From: a virus
Taxonomy: Duplodnaviria; Caudoviricetes
Length of the DNA: 28,718 nucleotides
IMG/VR virus record: IMGVR_UViG_3300012000_000097
Location: 1-28,718 of that record
Reading direction: 5' to 3' (one strand)
Part shown: positions 9,508 through 17,987 of the stretch, in pieces
Position numbering within the stretch: position 1 is the stretch's first letter
Layout: the number at the start of each line of letters is the position of its first letter
Notes under the pieces: model-generated
What the model was told of the DNA's origin: nothing
Database searches by the model: none
What the model saw: the letters and a program-made list of their open reading frames with translations, nothing else
Position numbers and translations under genes: made by a program

Positions 9508-12507
9508 ATGGCAATTGACTACCACTCAATAACTCCACCTGAGTATCGCTATTACGTTGCCGATTTATTAACCAATGAAGTTCTTGCAGAAATTCCTTTT
9601 ATAGGTGTATCTTATGAGCGTGCTTTAAGTAAGGCTGGCTCTTTTAGTGGAACTATTCCTCTTATCGAGGCCACTGCTCATTTAGAACTTTACGACAATA
9701 CGATGCCAGGTAAGACTGCTCTCTATGTTCTTAGAGATGGCGTCTGTGTCTGGGGTGGAATTATTTGGGGTCGTCAATACTCTCCAACAAACAAAACTTT
9801 AAGTGTTGATGCCAATGAGTTTGTAAGTTATTTGTATCACCGAGCATTATGGCAAACACTGTATTACGGCTCAGAGCAGTATTACTGCTCACGCTACGAG
9901 GCTAATGGTTCAGTTGCAACTGTCTATACGGAAGTAGACCATGGCTTCAAAGTAGGAGAAAAGGTAAGGATTCGTAACCTTAACAATGCTCTTAATGGAG
10001 ATAAAACAATTGCTTCAGTTCCATCCCCAGCAAGTTTTACTTTTGCTGTTAGCGGTGTAACTCTTGCATCTAGCCCTTCCACAACAGGTCTTGCAAGAAC
10101 TATTGTTGATACCTATGATTTAGCACGAGACCTGCTTGGCTATATGAATGAAGATTTTTCTAATCTTTCTTTTGCCAATGAAGAGGTTAAGCCAGCAAAC
10201 GAGTTGGAATACTCTCTTACTAACAAGGTGATGTCTTCTGGAGTTGCAACTTTAACTACTGCTTTACCGCACGACCTTCTTCTAGGACAAGAAGTTGAGT
10301 TAGTTGATGTTGATACGTTGTTAAACGGGTATCAGGTCATCACGGCAATTCCTACATCAACTTCTTTTGTAGTAAAACCAACTGGAGTCACATCTAGTTT
10401 TGCAAGCACACCATTGACACAACTTACCTCATACAATATTACGTCTGCTCAAATTCAGACTACCACTTTAAAAATAACTACAAAACAAGTTTTAAATAAC
10501 GTTGCAACAATGACTACAGCATCTGCCCACGGGCTTGCAGTTGGTGATTCTGTAGAAATATCTAATATTAGTAACGTCATTAGTGTTACAAAAACTGCAA
10601 CTGCTGGAACAGCAGGAGCAACAACTATAACTATATCTGGCTCCAACACTGGTATTTTGGTTGGAATGGGTGTAACTGGCGCAGGAATCGGCTCTAATGC
10701 AACTGTTCAATCTATTAATGGATTAACTATAACTTTAGGTGTAGCAAACGTATCTACAGTAAGCGGAACTATCACTTTCTTTTACGAGTCAGTTCTTAAT
10801 GGTCCTCAAAAGGTAATTGCAATTCCATCTGCTACTCAGTTTAGTTTTGCTAAGACTTCCCGCGACGTGGCTTCTACCACTGTGACTAAAGTCGGAGAGC
10901 AGACTGCATACACATTTACAAATAGCAATAACCTTGCTTATGCTTCTGTCATACAAGGTTCTGCTACAGCAACCAATAATCCAAACCTATATCTAATTCG
11001 TGGAAATACCTATACCTTTACTATTAACTCTCCTGGATATAACTTCTGGATTCAAAATCAAGGAGGTGGCTATGCTGCTGGAAAGGTCTACTCCACAGGA
11101 GTAACTAATAATGGAACAGCAAGTGGAACAATTACTTTTACTGTTCCTCTTAGTGCTCCAGCAACTCTTTATTATCAGGCTCAGCAGACAAATAGTATGG
11201 CTGGAGTCATTAACGTAACTGACTATGGCTCTGTTTCTTACAAATCTGGAATTCTTGTTACATCAACTAATCACGGTTTAACTGCTGGTAAAAAAGTTGT
11301 TATTGAAAATGTAGGCTCTGACTATGACGGAGTTCAAGTTGTATCAAGCGTAGTTGATACTAAAACATTTAAATTTAATTCAACTTCTGTAGTTAACGCT
11401 GAAGCAGAGGCTGTTTATGGTGGAACTGTTAAATGGGGCGCTAGAGCAGTTGCTGGTACTTTTGGAGCCTACTCTGGAAACTCTGATATTGGTATTGGTG
11501 TAAGTAATGAACTTAGCGGAAAATATATTGGAGTATCTCAGCAAATATTTAGAGGTTCTGATTTAAAGTCATTTGGTGAAATTCTTGAAGAATTTTCTAA
11601 AGATGTAAACGGCTTTGAATACCGCATTGACTGCGATTTTGACAAAAATATTGGTCAATTCTCTAAAACATTCACCTTTGTTCCGTTTATTCCGCCTCCA
11701 AATAAAGTATCTGTGACATACAAAACTCTTGCTTCTAATGTGGCAACACTCACCACGGCAACGGCTCATGGACTAACTGTTGGTCAAGAGATTGTTGTTA
11801 GCGATGTTGGTACCTCTTTTGATGGAACTCAGGTAGTAACTGCTACACCTACTACAACTACATTTAGGTTTAGTGTAGTAAAGCCAGATGTTCCTGGAAG
11901 TGCTGCTGCTGGATATATTGGTTTAGTACATCCAATTAGTGTTCTGGGAGCAGACCAGTTTGTATTTGAATACCCAGGAAATATCCTTGAGTTTGGTATC
12001 TCTGAAACAGCAGAAAACTCTGCCACTCGTATGTGGGTTGCTGGAAATAATGATGGTCTAGACAACACTGCAAGTCAGCCTTACGCTGCTGCAACATCAA
12101 CAGATTTGTTGGATAAAGGGTGGCCAGTCCTTGACCAAGTTGAGTCAAAGAACGACACCCAGACAACAGCGTATGGTGAGACTGCTCTGTATTCATATGC
12201 TCAAGATTTTGCTGATGAAGCACGTCCACCAGAGGGAAATTTTACAATTGCAATTAACGGCTCAATTGGGCCATATGTTGGAGACTTTTTACCAGGAGAT
12301 TGGTGCTCACTAATTATTGATGATGAGTTTGTTCGTATGCGTCTTGCTAGCGACTTAGAGCCTAGAGGAGATGTTATTGTGCGTAAAATAGTTGGATACA
12401 AAGTAAATGTGCCTGATGGTGTTGCTTTCCCTGAAAAAGTTGACCTTGAACTTATCAGTGAATGGAAAGAAGACCGTCGCATTTCTACATTGAAGATTAC
12501 GGTATAG
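9508..12507 (+). CDS. Multidomain minor tail / baseplate hub protein
   Basis: N-terminus YRY..ADLLT...LAEIP...LS.AGSFSG and VWGGIIW.R; C-terminus FEYPGNI and GDW motifs of siphovirus ReqiPepy6 gp37-like hub proteins. The centre is filled with Thr/Ser-rich beta modules. Confidence 0.8.
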   Translation: MAIDYHSITPPEYRYYVADLLTNEVLAEIPFIGVSYERALSKAGSFSGTIPLIEATAHLELYDNTMPGKTALYVLRDGVCVWGGIIWGRQYSPTNKTLSVDANEFVSYLYHRALWQTLYYGSEQYYCSRYEANGSVATVYTEVDHGFKVGEKVRIRNLNNALNGDKTIASVPSPASFTFAVSGVTLASSPSTTGLARTIVDTYDLARDLLGYMNEDFSNLSFANEEVKPANELEYSLTNKVMSSGVATLTTALPHDLLLGQEVELVDVDTLLNGYQVITAIPTSTSFVVKPTGVTSSFASTPLTQLTSYNITSAQIQTTTLKITTKQVLNNVATMTTASAHGLAVGDSVEISNISNVISVTKTATAGTAGATTITISGSNTGILVGMGVTGAGIGSNATVQSINGLTITLGVANVSTVSGTITFFYESVLNGPQKVIAIPSATQFSFAKTSRDVASTTVTKVGEQTAYTFTNSNNLAYASVIQGSATATNNPNLYLIRGNTYTFTINSPGYNFWIQNQGGGYAAGKVYSTGVTNNGTASGTITFTVPLSAPATLYYQAQQTNSMAGVINVTDYGSVSYKSGILVTSTNHGLTAGKKVVIENVGSDYDGVQVVSSVVDTKTFKFNSTSVVNAEAEAVYGGTVKWGARAVAGTFGAYSGNSDIGIGVSNELSGKYIGVSQQIFRGSDLKSFGEILEEFSKDVNGFEYRIDCDFDKNIGQFSKTFTFVPFIPPPNKVSVTYKTLASNVATLTTATAHGLTVGQEIVVSDVGTSFDGTQVVTATPTTTTFRFSVVKPDVPGSAAAGYIGLVHPISVLGADQFVFEYPGNILEFGISETAENSATRMWVAGNNDGLDNTASQPYAAATSTDLLDKGWPVLDQVESKNDTQTTAYGETALYSYAQDFADEARPPEGNFTIAINGSIGPYVGDFLPGDWCSLIIDDEFVRMRLASDLEPRGDVIVRKIVGYKVNVPDGVAFPEKVDLELISEWKEDRRISTLKITV

Positions 12508-12515
12508 GAGGAATA

Positions 12516-14288
12516 ATGCCAAGTAGACGCAGAAGTGCTAATAAAAACCTAGGTAATAATCTTTCTGATGTTCAGCGTAGATTGCGATATCTAGAGCGTC
12601 GCCCTGCCAGAAGTAGACTAGGAACAAAATCTGTAACAACTGATGCAATTGGTGCAGAAGTTATTACTCCTGAGCAAGTTAATTTTGGAACAGTAACTGT
12701 CGGACAGCCGTCTGATGTTACCGACCCAAAAGACGGTCAGTTAGTAGTTAATCCTAATGACGGGTCTGTATCTATTTATAACGGCGACAACGGGGCCTTT
12801 GTTGATATTGGTGACCCTCAAGCCTTTGACCTTTCCGTAACAGCCTTTGCTGCGGCTAATACTGCTATTCAAACAGCCAATGGTAAAAACAAAGTAACTT
12901 ATTCTTTAGTTGCTCCAGGTTCTACATCAAACACTGCTGGAGACATTTGGTGGCAATATAACGCTTCAAACATAATTATTGGTCAATGGACTGGTCTTGG
13001 CGGAACCTCTTGGCAAGCAAATACTATAGGAAATGCTGTAGTTGCAAACCTAGATGCTGGAAAAATTACTACTGGTTTCCTTGATGCTGCTCGTATTAAC
13101 GCTGGAACTATCACGGCGACAATGCTTTCTACTACAGCATTAGATGCAAAAACTATAACTGGTTCAACTATTAGAACAAGTGCTGGTCCTAACAGTAGAG
13201 TTATTTTTGATACTAATGGTATTAGAGCAATTAATGCTTCTGGAACAACAACAGTAAATATCTCTAGCGATGGGTCAGCATCTTTTACTGGTGCTGTTAC
13301 CGCATCATCTTTTTCTGGAAGTAAAGTTATTTCTGGAAGTAACATGGCAGACGGAACAATTACAGACACACAAATTGGTAGCCTTAATGCAAGCAAAATT
13401 AATGCTGGAACAATTAATGCTGCTGCAATCACAGTTTCAAATTTAAATGCAGACAATATTACTGCTGGAACTATTACTAGTCGTGCAATTAACAATGGAA
13501 GCGGAACTTTTACTGTAACGGCGCAGGGCGCAATGACTTGTAGTAGCGCGACAATCACTGGAACTGTAAATGCTACAAGCGGATATATTGGTTCTGCTAC
13601 CAATGGCTGGAGATTTTCTTCAACAGGTACTATCCAAAACACCGATTCTACAACAATTTTATACCCGTCTTCTTCTTACGCCGTATATGCAATTATTACT
13701 GACCGTTGCGTTGCTGCTCTTCGAGGACTACAAACAAATGGATATGGCATTCAAGGTTCGGCAAACCAACTGTATAGCCAAGGAACTATTGCTCCTGGAT
13801 TTTTAAATACAAGTGGAAACCCTACGGCTTTGGACCAAGCATACGACTTAGGAAGTTTTAGTTTCCGTTGGGGAATAGTAAGAGCAGGTTCTTTTTTAAC
13901 AACCTCGGACTATAGAATCAAAAATGATGTTAAAGACGCTGCTTTAGGGCTAGAGTTTATTAAAAAAATTAGACCTGTTTCTTTTTTATTAAACTCTGGT
14001 CGAGTTGATTTGTCAAACATAGAAAAAGATGAAGACGACAACATAAAGCCAGAAACCGCTGTAGTGGTTCCAGGTAGGAGAAGACATTATGGTTTTATTG
14101 CTCAGCAAATTAAAGAAACTTTGGATGAATTAAGCGACAATCCTTCTATTGATTTTGCTGGTTGGTCTATTGGAGACGTAGAGGACCCTGACTCACAGCA
14201 AGCCTTAGCATATGATGAATTTATTGCTCCTTTAGTTAAGGCAGTTCAAGAATTATCCGCTAGACTAGAAGCATTGGAAAACAAATGA
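12516..14288 (+). CDS. Tail fibre / receptor-binding protein with C-terminal peptidase S74 intramolecular chaperone
   Basis: Start re-assigned to ATG 12516 after AGGAGG. Contains L.A.KI.AG repeats, SDYRIK at 13905, GFIAQ, and a C-terminal coiled coil LVKAVQELSARLEALE. Confidence 0.85.
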   Translation: MPSRRRSANKNLGNNLSDVQRRLRYLERRPARSRLGTKSVTTDAIGAEVITPEQVNFGTVTVGQPSDVTDPKDGQLVVNPNDGSVSIYNGDNGAFVDIGDPQAFDLSVTAFAAANTAIQTANGKNKVTYSLVAPGSTSNTAGDIWWQYNASNIIIGQWTGLGGTSWQANTIGNAVVANLDAGKITTGFLDAARINAGTITATMLSTTALDAKTITGSTIRTSAGPNSRVIFDTNGIRAINASGTTTVNISSDGSASFTGAVTASSFSGSKVISGSNMADGTITDTQIGSLNASKINAGTINAAAITVSNLNADNITAGTITSRAINNGSGTFTVTAQGAMTCSSATITGTVNATSGYIGSATNGWRFSSTGTIQNTDSTTILYPSSSYAVYAIITDRCVAALRGLQTNGYGIQGSANQLYSQGTIAPGFLNTSGNPTALDQAYDLGSFSFRWGIVRAGSFLTTSDYRIKNDVKDAALGLEFIKKIRPVSFLLNSGRVDLSNIEKDEDDNIKPETAVVVPGRRRHYGFIAQQIKETLDELSDNPSIDFAGWSIGDVEDPDSQQALAYDEFIAPLVKAVQELSARLEALENK

Positions 14289-14312
14289 CAGTAAAGACAA
14301 AAGGAGTTTGTA

Positions 14313-14783
14313 ATGTTTGAAGTCAAAGACGGCTCCAGAACTTTGCAATTTAAAGGTCGCCTCCTAGGTGAGTCTTCGTCTTGGCGTCGTGGCTCAACAC
14401 GCTGGATTGAGTTTGAATTGTATAGAACAGAAAATGGTTCTTACATTTTATCTCGTGTTGGTGTATCTTTAGTTTTTCATGGTGCTGCTTGTCCATTAGT
14501 AAAAAGATATGCGCTTACTGAGGAGACATCAGACGTTCTTTCTAAAGATGCTATCCCTTGCGAAGAATGCAACCCTGTAAAAACTCTTCCAATTGTTTTT
14601 CCAGAAAAATATCGCCATTGGGCACAAGTAAGTGAAGACCCTCGTCCTGTTCTTGACGCTCTTTACAAATATGACCAAGGTGGTGCAAGATATCTCACCA
14701 ATGTTGCTCAAAGGCTATTGGAACGTGCAGCAACCCACGATGAGAGGATAGACTCGCTTTACCGCATCGAGATGATTCCATAA
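14313..14783 (+). CDS. Hypothetical protein, possible Zn-binding (H-x3-C ... CxxC)
   Basis: 156 aa with RBS AAGGAG. Contains HGAAC and CEEC motifs. Confidence 0.6.
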   Translation: MFEVKDGSRTLQFKGRLLGESSSWRRGSTRWIEFELYRTENGSYILSRVGVSLVFHGAACPLVKRYALTEETSDVLSKDAIPCEECNPVKTLPIVFPEKYRHWAQVSEDPRPVLDALYKYDQGGARYLTNVAQRLLERAATHDERIDSLYRIEMIP

Positions 14784-14803
14784 GACCAATAGAGAGAAAA
14801 TAA

Positions 14804-15637
14804 ATGACAAACGACAATTTTGAAATTAAAGAAGAAGATTTAGAGTATTTAAGAAACATAAAATTGCACATTGCAACGCCTTGCTACGGTGGAATGTGCG
14901 GTTCTGATTATGCAATGTCATTGTTTAGATTTATAAGTTTATCATCATCTTTAGGATTACAAGTTAGTATCCAACAACTTTCTAATGAAAGTTTAATAAC
15001 AAGAGCAAGAAATCTTCTTGCAGACCATTTTTTAAAAGAAACAGATGCAACTCATTTGATGTTTATTGATGCAGATATTTCTTTTGAAGCAGTAGAAATT
15101 ATTAAACTTATATTAAAAAAGAAAGAAATTATTGGCGGAGCATACCCAATTAAGCAAATTGATTGGAATGCTATATTAAAAAATAAAGACTCTATAAACT
15201 CTGTCGAGGGTCTTATGTATTCTTCTGCAAGTTATGTTGTAAATGTTCCTCAGCACAGTATTGAAAAATCAATTTTATTGGATGGAAAAATTCAATTAAA
15301 TGACGGGCTTTTAGAGGTAACTGGGCTTGGCACTGGCTTTGTTCTTATTAAAAGAGAAGTCTTTGAAAAAATGCAAAATTACTATGATAATGATTGGTTT
15401 TTATATAAAGATAAAAAAGTACATTTATTTTTTGACACTGCCATTGAAGAAAATACTAGAGAATATTTAAGTGAAGACTATTTTTTTACTAGAAGATGGC
15501 TTAATTTAGGCGGGTTTACTTGGATAGACCCGACTGTTTCGCTAGTCCATACAGGGTATTACAGGTTCAATGGTGGCCCTTTGTCTTTAGATATGGTTGA
15601 ATTAAAGAAAGAAAATGAGGAGTCTGTAGATGAATGA
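14804..15637 (+). CDS. GT-A fold glycosyltransferase (AT-rich insertion)
   Basis: Motifs IATPCYGG, NESLITRARN, MFIDAD (DxD), GTGF.LIKR.VF, YLSEDY.F and H.G, typical of aquatic-phage GT-A proteins. Confidence 0.8.
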   Translation: MTNDNFEIKEEDLEYLRNIKLHIATPCYGGMCGSDYAMSLFRFISLSSSLGLQVSIQQLSNESLITRARNLLADHFLKETDATHLMFIDADISFEAVEIIKLILKKKEIIGGAYPIKQIDWNAILKNKDSINSVEGLMYSSASYVVNVPQHSIEKSILLDGKIQLNDGLLEVTGLGTGFVLIKREVFEKMQNYYDNDWFLYKDKKVHLFFDTAIEENTREYLSEDYFFTRRWLNLGGFTWIDPTVSLVHTGYYRFNGGPLSLDMVELKKENEESVDE

Positions 15638-17450
15638 GGGTCTTTCAGGTATTGAAGTAACTCTTGTTGACTCTGTAGAAAAAGCAAATCAATTTATTTC
15701 TTGGCTTGGTGAACGTCGCCCACACAATGCGATTGCTATTGACACCGAAACTGGTGAGCGTCCTGGTATGCCTCGTGACCATGCTTTGTCTCCTTGGCAT
15801 GGTGACCTACGTCTTGTTCAAGTAGGTGATGGTATGCATGGCTGGTCTATTCCATGGGAAGAATGGAGCGGTGTTTTCTACGAAGCAATGAATAAGTTTG
15901 ATGGACCACTTGTCTGCCACAACATTGCATTTGAGGCACGATGGTTTGCAGTTAAATCCCGTTGGGAAATGCCTTGGCAGCGTGCACACGACACAATGAT
16001 TATGGCGCACTTAATTGACCCGCTAGGTCCTGGTGGCTTGAAACCACTATCTGCACTTTTAATTGACCCTCAAGCGGCATATTTACAAGACAAACTTGAT
16101 ATTGACTTGACCAAAAATGGTTGGACTTGGGGAACTGTTCCAACTAACTTTGAGCCTTACTGGTCTTATGGTGCGCTTGACACAATTCTTACAATGCGTT
16201 TGTGGGAAAAGTTTTATGAAAAGTGTGGCCCAGGTCAGCCGTACCACAAAGCGTATGAGATTGAAATGGCAGCACGCAAAATTGTTACTCGTATGGAGAT
16301 TAATGGTGCTCGTGTTGACCTTGAATATTCTAAGAAAAAGTATGAAGAACTTTTGTCATATACAGAGCAGGTAAAAGAGTGGGCTGCAAAGACCTATAAC
16401 GGTACAAGTATTACTAGCAATGTTCAGTTAGTTCGTTTGCTAGAAAACCTTGGTGCAGAGATTACAGAAACAACTCCTTCTGGTCAGAAATCTGCATCTA
16501 AAGACCAACTTAAGATGCTCACAATTCATGGCAACGAAGAAGTAAAAAACCTTGCCGAGACAGTACTAAAGCAGCGTAAAGCAGATAAGTTGGCTAATAC
16601 ATACTTCCTCAACTTCATTAATAAAAATGTTGATGGGATTCTTCATCCGTCTGTTAAAACTCTAGGCGCTCGCACTTCTCGTATGTCTATTACCGACCCA
16701 GCGCTACAGACTTTGCCAAAAGGTGATGACACAGTTCGCCGTGCATTTATTCCAAAGGACAAAGACCACGTCATTATTACCTCCGACCTTGACCAAGTTG
16801 AGTTTCGTATGTTTGCATCTTTATCTAAGGACCCAAATCTCATCACGCTATTTAATCGTGCTGATGCAACTGGTTCTGACCCGTTCACTGAAATTGGTCG
16901 TGAGGTTTATCAAGAACCTGATATGACACGCTCTGATAAGCGCAGAACTCTTATTAAGGGAATGGTTTATGGTCGTCTTTACGGGGCTGGTGTCGCTAAG
17001 CAAGCACTTACTGCTGGCGTTGCAGAGTCTCAAATGAAGGCTGTATCTGACGCTTTTGACCAGCGATACCCAGGAATGATTAAGTTCCAAAAAGAAATTG
17101 AAAACATTGGTGCTCGCCGTGAACGCGATGAGGGTCAGGGTTACATCCACACATGGACTGGTCGTAAAATTCCTTGCGACGAGAATCGCGTTTATACACT
17201 TATTAACTACTTAATTCAAGGTGGAGCAGCGGAAGTCTTTAAGAGTAATCTCATCAAGTTAGACCAAGCAGACCTTACTGAAAATCTTATTGTTCCTGTT
17301 CACGATGAAATTGTTCTACAAGCACCTCGTGACCAAGCAGAAGAAATTAAGCGTATTGTTCAAGAATGTATGACAACAACTGACGGCTGGGCTGTTCCAC
17401 TAACTGCTGGAATTGATGGGCCACTAGAGACTTGGGGCGACAAATATTGA
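15630..17450 (+). CDS. polA: DNA polymerase I-family (3'-5' exonuclease plus polymerase, no 5'-3' exonuclease)
   Basis: Exonuclease motifs DTET, HNIAFE and YGALD. Polymerase motif A DLDQVEFR, motif B KGMVYGRLYG and motif C VHDE. Confidence 0.95.
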   Translation: MNEGLSGIEVTLVDSVEKANQFISWLGERRPHNAIAIDTETGERPGMPRDHALSPWHGDLRLVQVGDGMHGWSIPWEEWSGVFYEAMNKFDGPLVCHNIAFEARWFAVKSRWEMPWQRAHDTMIMAHLIDPLGPGGLKPLSALLIDPQAAYLQDKLDIDLTKNGWTWGTVPTNFEPYWSYGALDTILTMRLWEKFYEKCGPGQPYHKAYEIEMAARKIVTRMEINGARVDLEYSKKKYEELLSYTEQVKEWAAKTYNGTSITSNVQLVRLLENLGAEITETTPSGQKSASKDQLKMLTIHGNEEVKNLAETVLKQRKADKLANTYFLNFINKNVDGILHPSVKTLGARTSRMSITDPALQTLPKGDDTVRRAFIPKDKDHVIITSDLDQVEFRMFASLSKDPNLITLFNRADATGSDPFTEIGREVYQEPDMTRSDKRRTLIKGMVYGRLYGAGVAKQALTAGVAESQMKAVSDAFDQRYPGMIKFQKEIENIGARRERDEGQGYIHTWTGRKIPCDENRVYTLINYLIQGGAAEVFKSNLIKLDQADLTENLIVPVHDEIVLQAPRDQAEEIKRIVQECMTTTDGWAVPLTAGIDGPLETWGDKY

Positions 17451-17914
17451 TAACTGTTCTTGCTGTAGACCCTGGAAAAGCCAGCGGTATTGCACTTGTA
17501 TCTTGGTCTGGCAGCCAAGAAGATTTGCCAAAATTAAAACTATCTTTTGAAGCCCAGCCAGAAGAGTTTTCTGACAACATAACTACCTGTCTTACTGCTT
17601 GGAAGCAGTATGAAAAATTTGCTATTTCTTGTGAGCGATTTACTATCAATGCTCAAACTGTTCGCAACTCTCAAGCGCCTTATTCGCTAGAGCAGATAGG
17701 GGTCCTCAAACATCTATGCCGCACTAATGGCTATGTTCCAGAAGAGATTAGTTTTCAGACTCCTGCCGATGCCAAAGCACTTTTCCCCAACGAGGCACTT
17801 CGTAAAGTAGGAACTTGGCATAGAGGCGGTGAGGGGCACGCTTTAGACGCCATCCGACACGCCCTACTAAAACTGACTAAGTTAGGTTGGAAACCAAAAG
17901 TTCTGCTAGAGTAG
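17447..17914 (+). CDS. RuvC-like Holliday junction resolvase
   Basis: Motifs VLAVDPG.SG, CERF and H..DAIRH. Probable TTG start overlapping the pol stop (TTGA). Confidence 0.75.
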   Translation: MITVLAVDPGKASGIALVSWSGSQEDLPKLKLSFEAQPEEFSDNITTCLTAWKQYEKFAISCERFTINAQTVRNSQAPYSLEQIGVLKHLCRTNGYVPEEISFQTPADAKALFPNEALRKVGTWHRGGEGHALDAIRHALLKLTKLGWKPKVLLE

Positions 17915-17921
17915 GTTACTA

Positions 17922-17967
17922 GCAAGAAAAAATAAAAAATTTAAAAATCTCTGCTAGTATATAGACT
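17922..17967 (+). promoter_or_regulatory. Putative promoter: A-rich tract plus extended -10 TGcTAGTAT
   Basis: A-tract at 17924-17947 and TGCTAGTAT at 17952-17960, bracketed by the inverted repeat TACTAGCA/TGCTAGTA. Upstream of the helicase gene. Confidence 0.5.
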
Positions 17968-17987
17968 TAATGACATTAGGAGTAAAA

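Noticed and set aside
1895-11880. Repeated tail modules as a diversity-generating retroelement TR/VR pair or invertible cassette
   Set aside because: Similarity is at the protein level with synonymous divergence, not adenine-specific. There is no reverse transcriptase or invertase in the window.
12462-12515. Longer N-terminus for the tail fibre as given in the ORF track
   Set aside because: It overlaps the upstream gene, and a strong AGGAGG precedes ATG 12516.
12983-13642. 219-aa antisense ORF, and the other short antisense or alternate-frame ORFs in the track
   Set aside because: These are shadows of low-complexity or codon-biased real genes, with no RBS or recognisable motifs.
4434-14803. 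Recurring AAGAC-like words in leaders (near 4434, 9499, 14293, 14783)
   Set aside because: The motif is short, variably spaced and within purine-rich RBS regions, so it cannot be supported as a regulatory site by eye.
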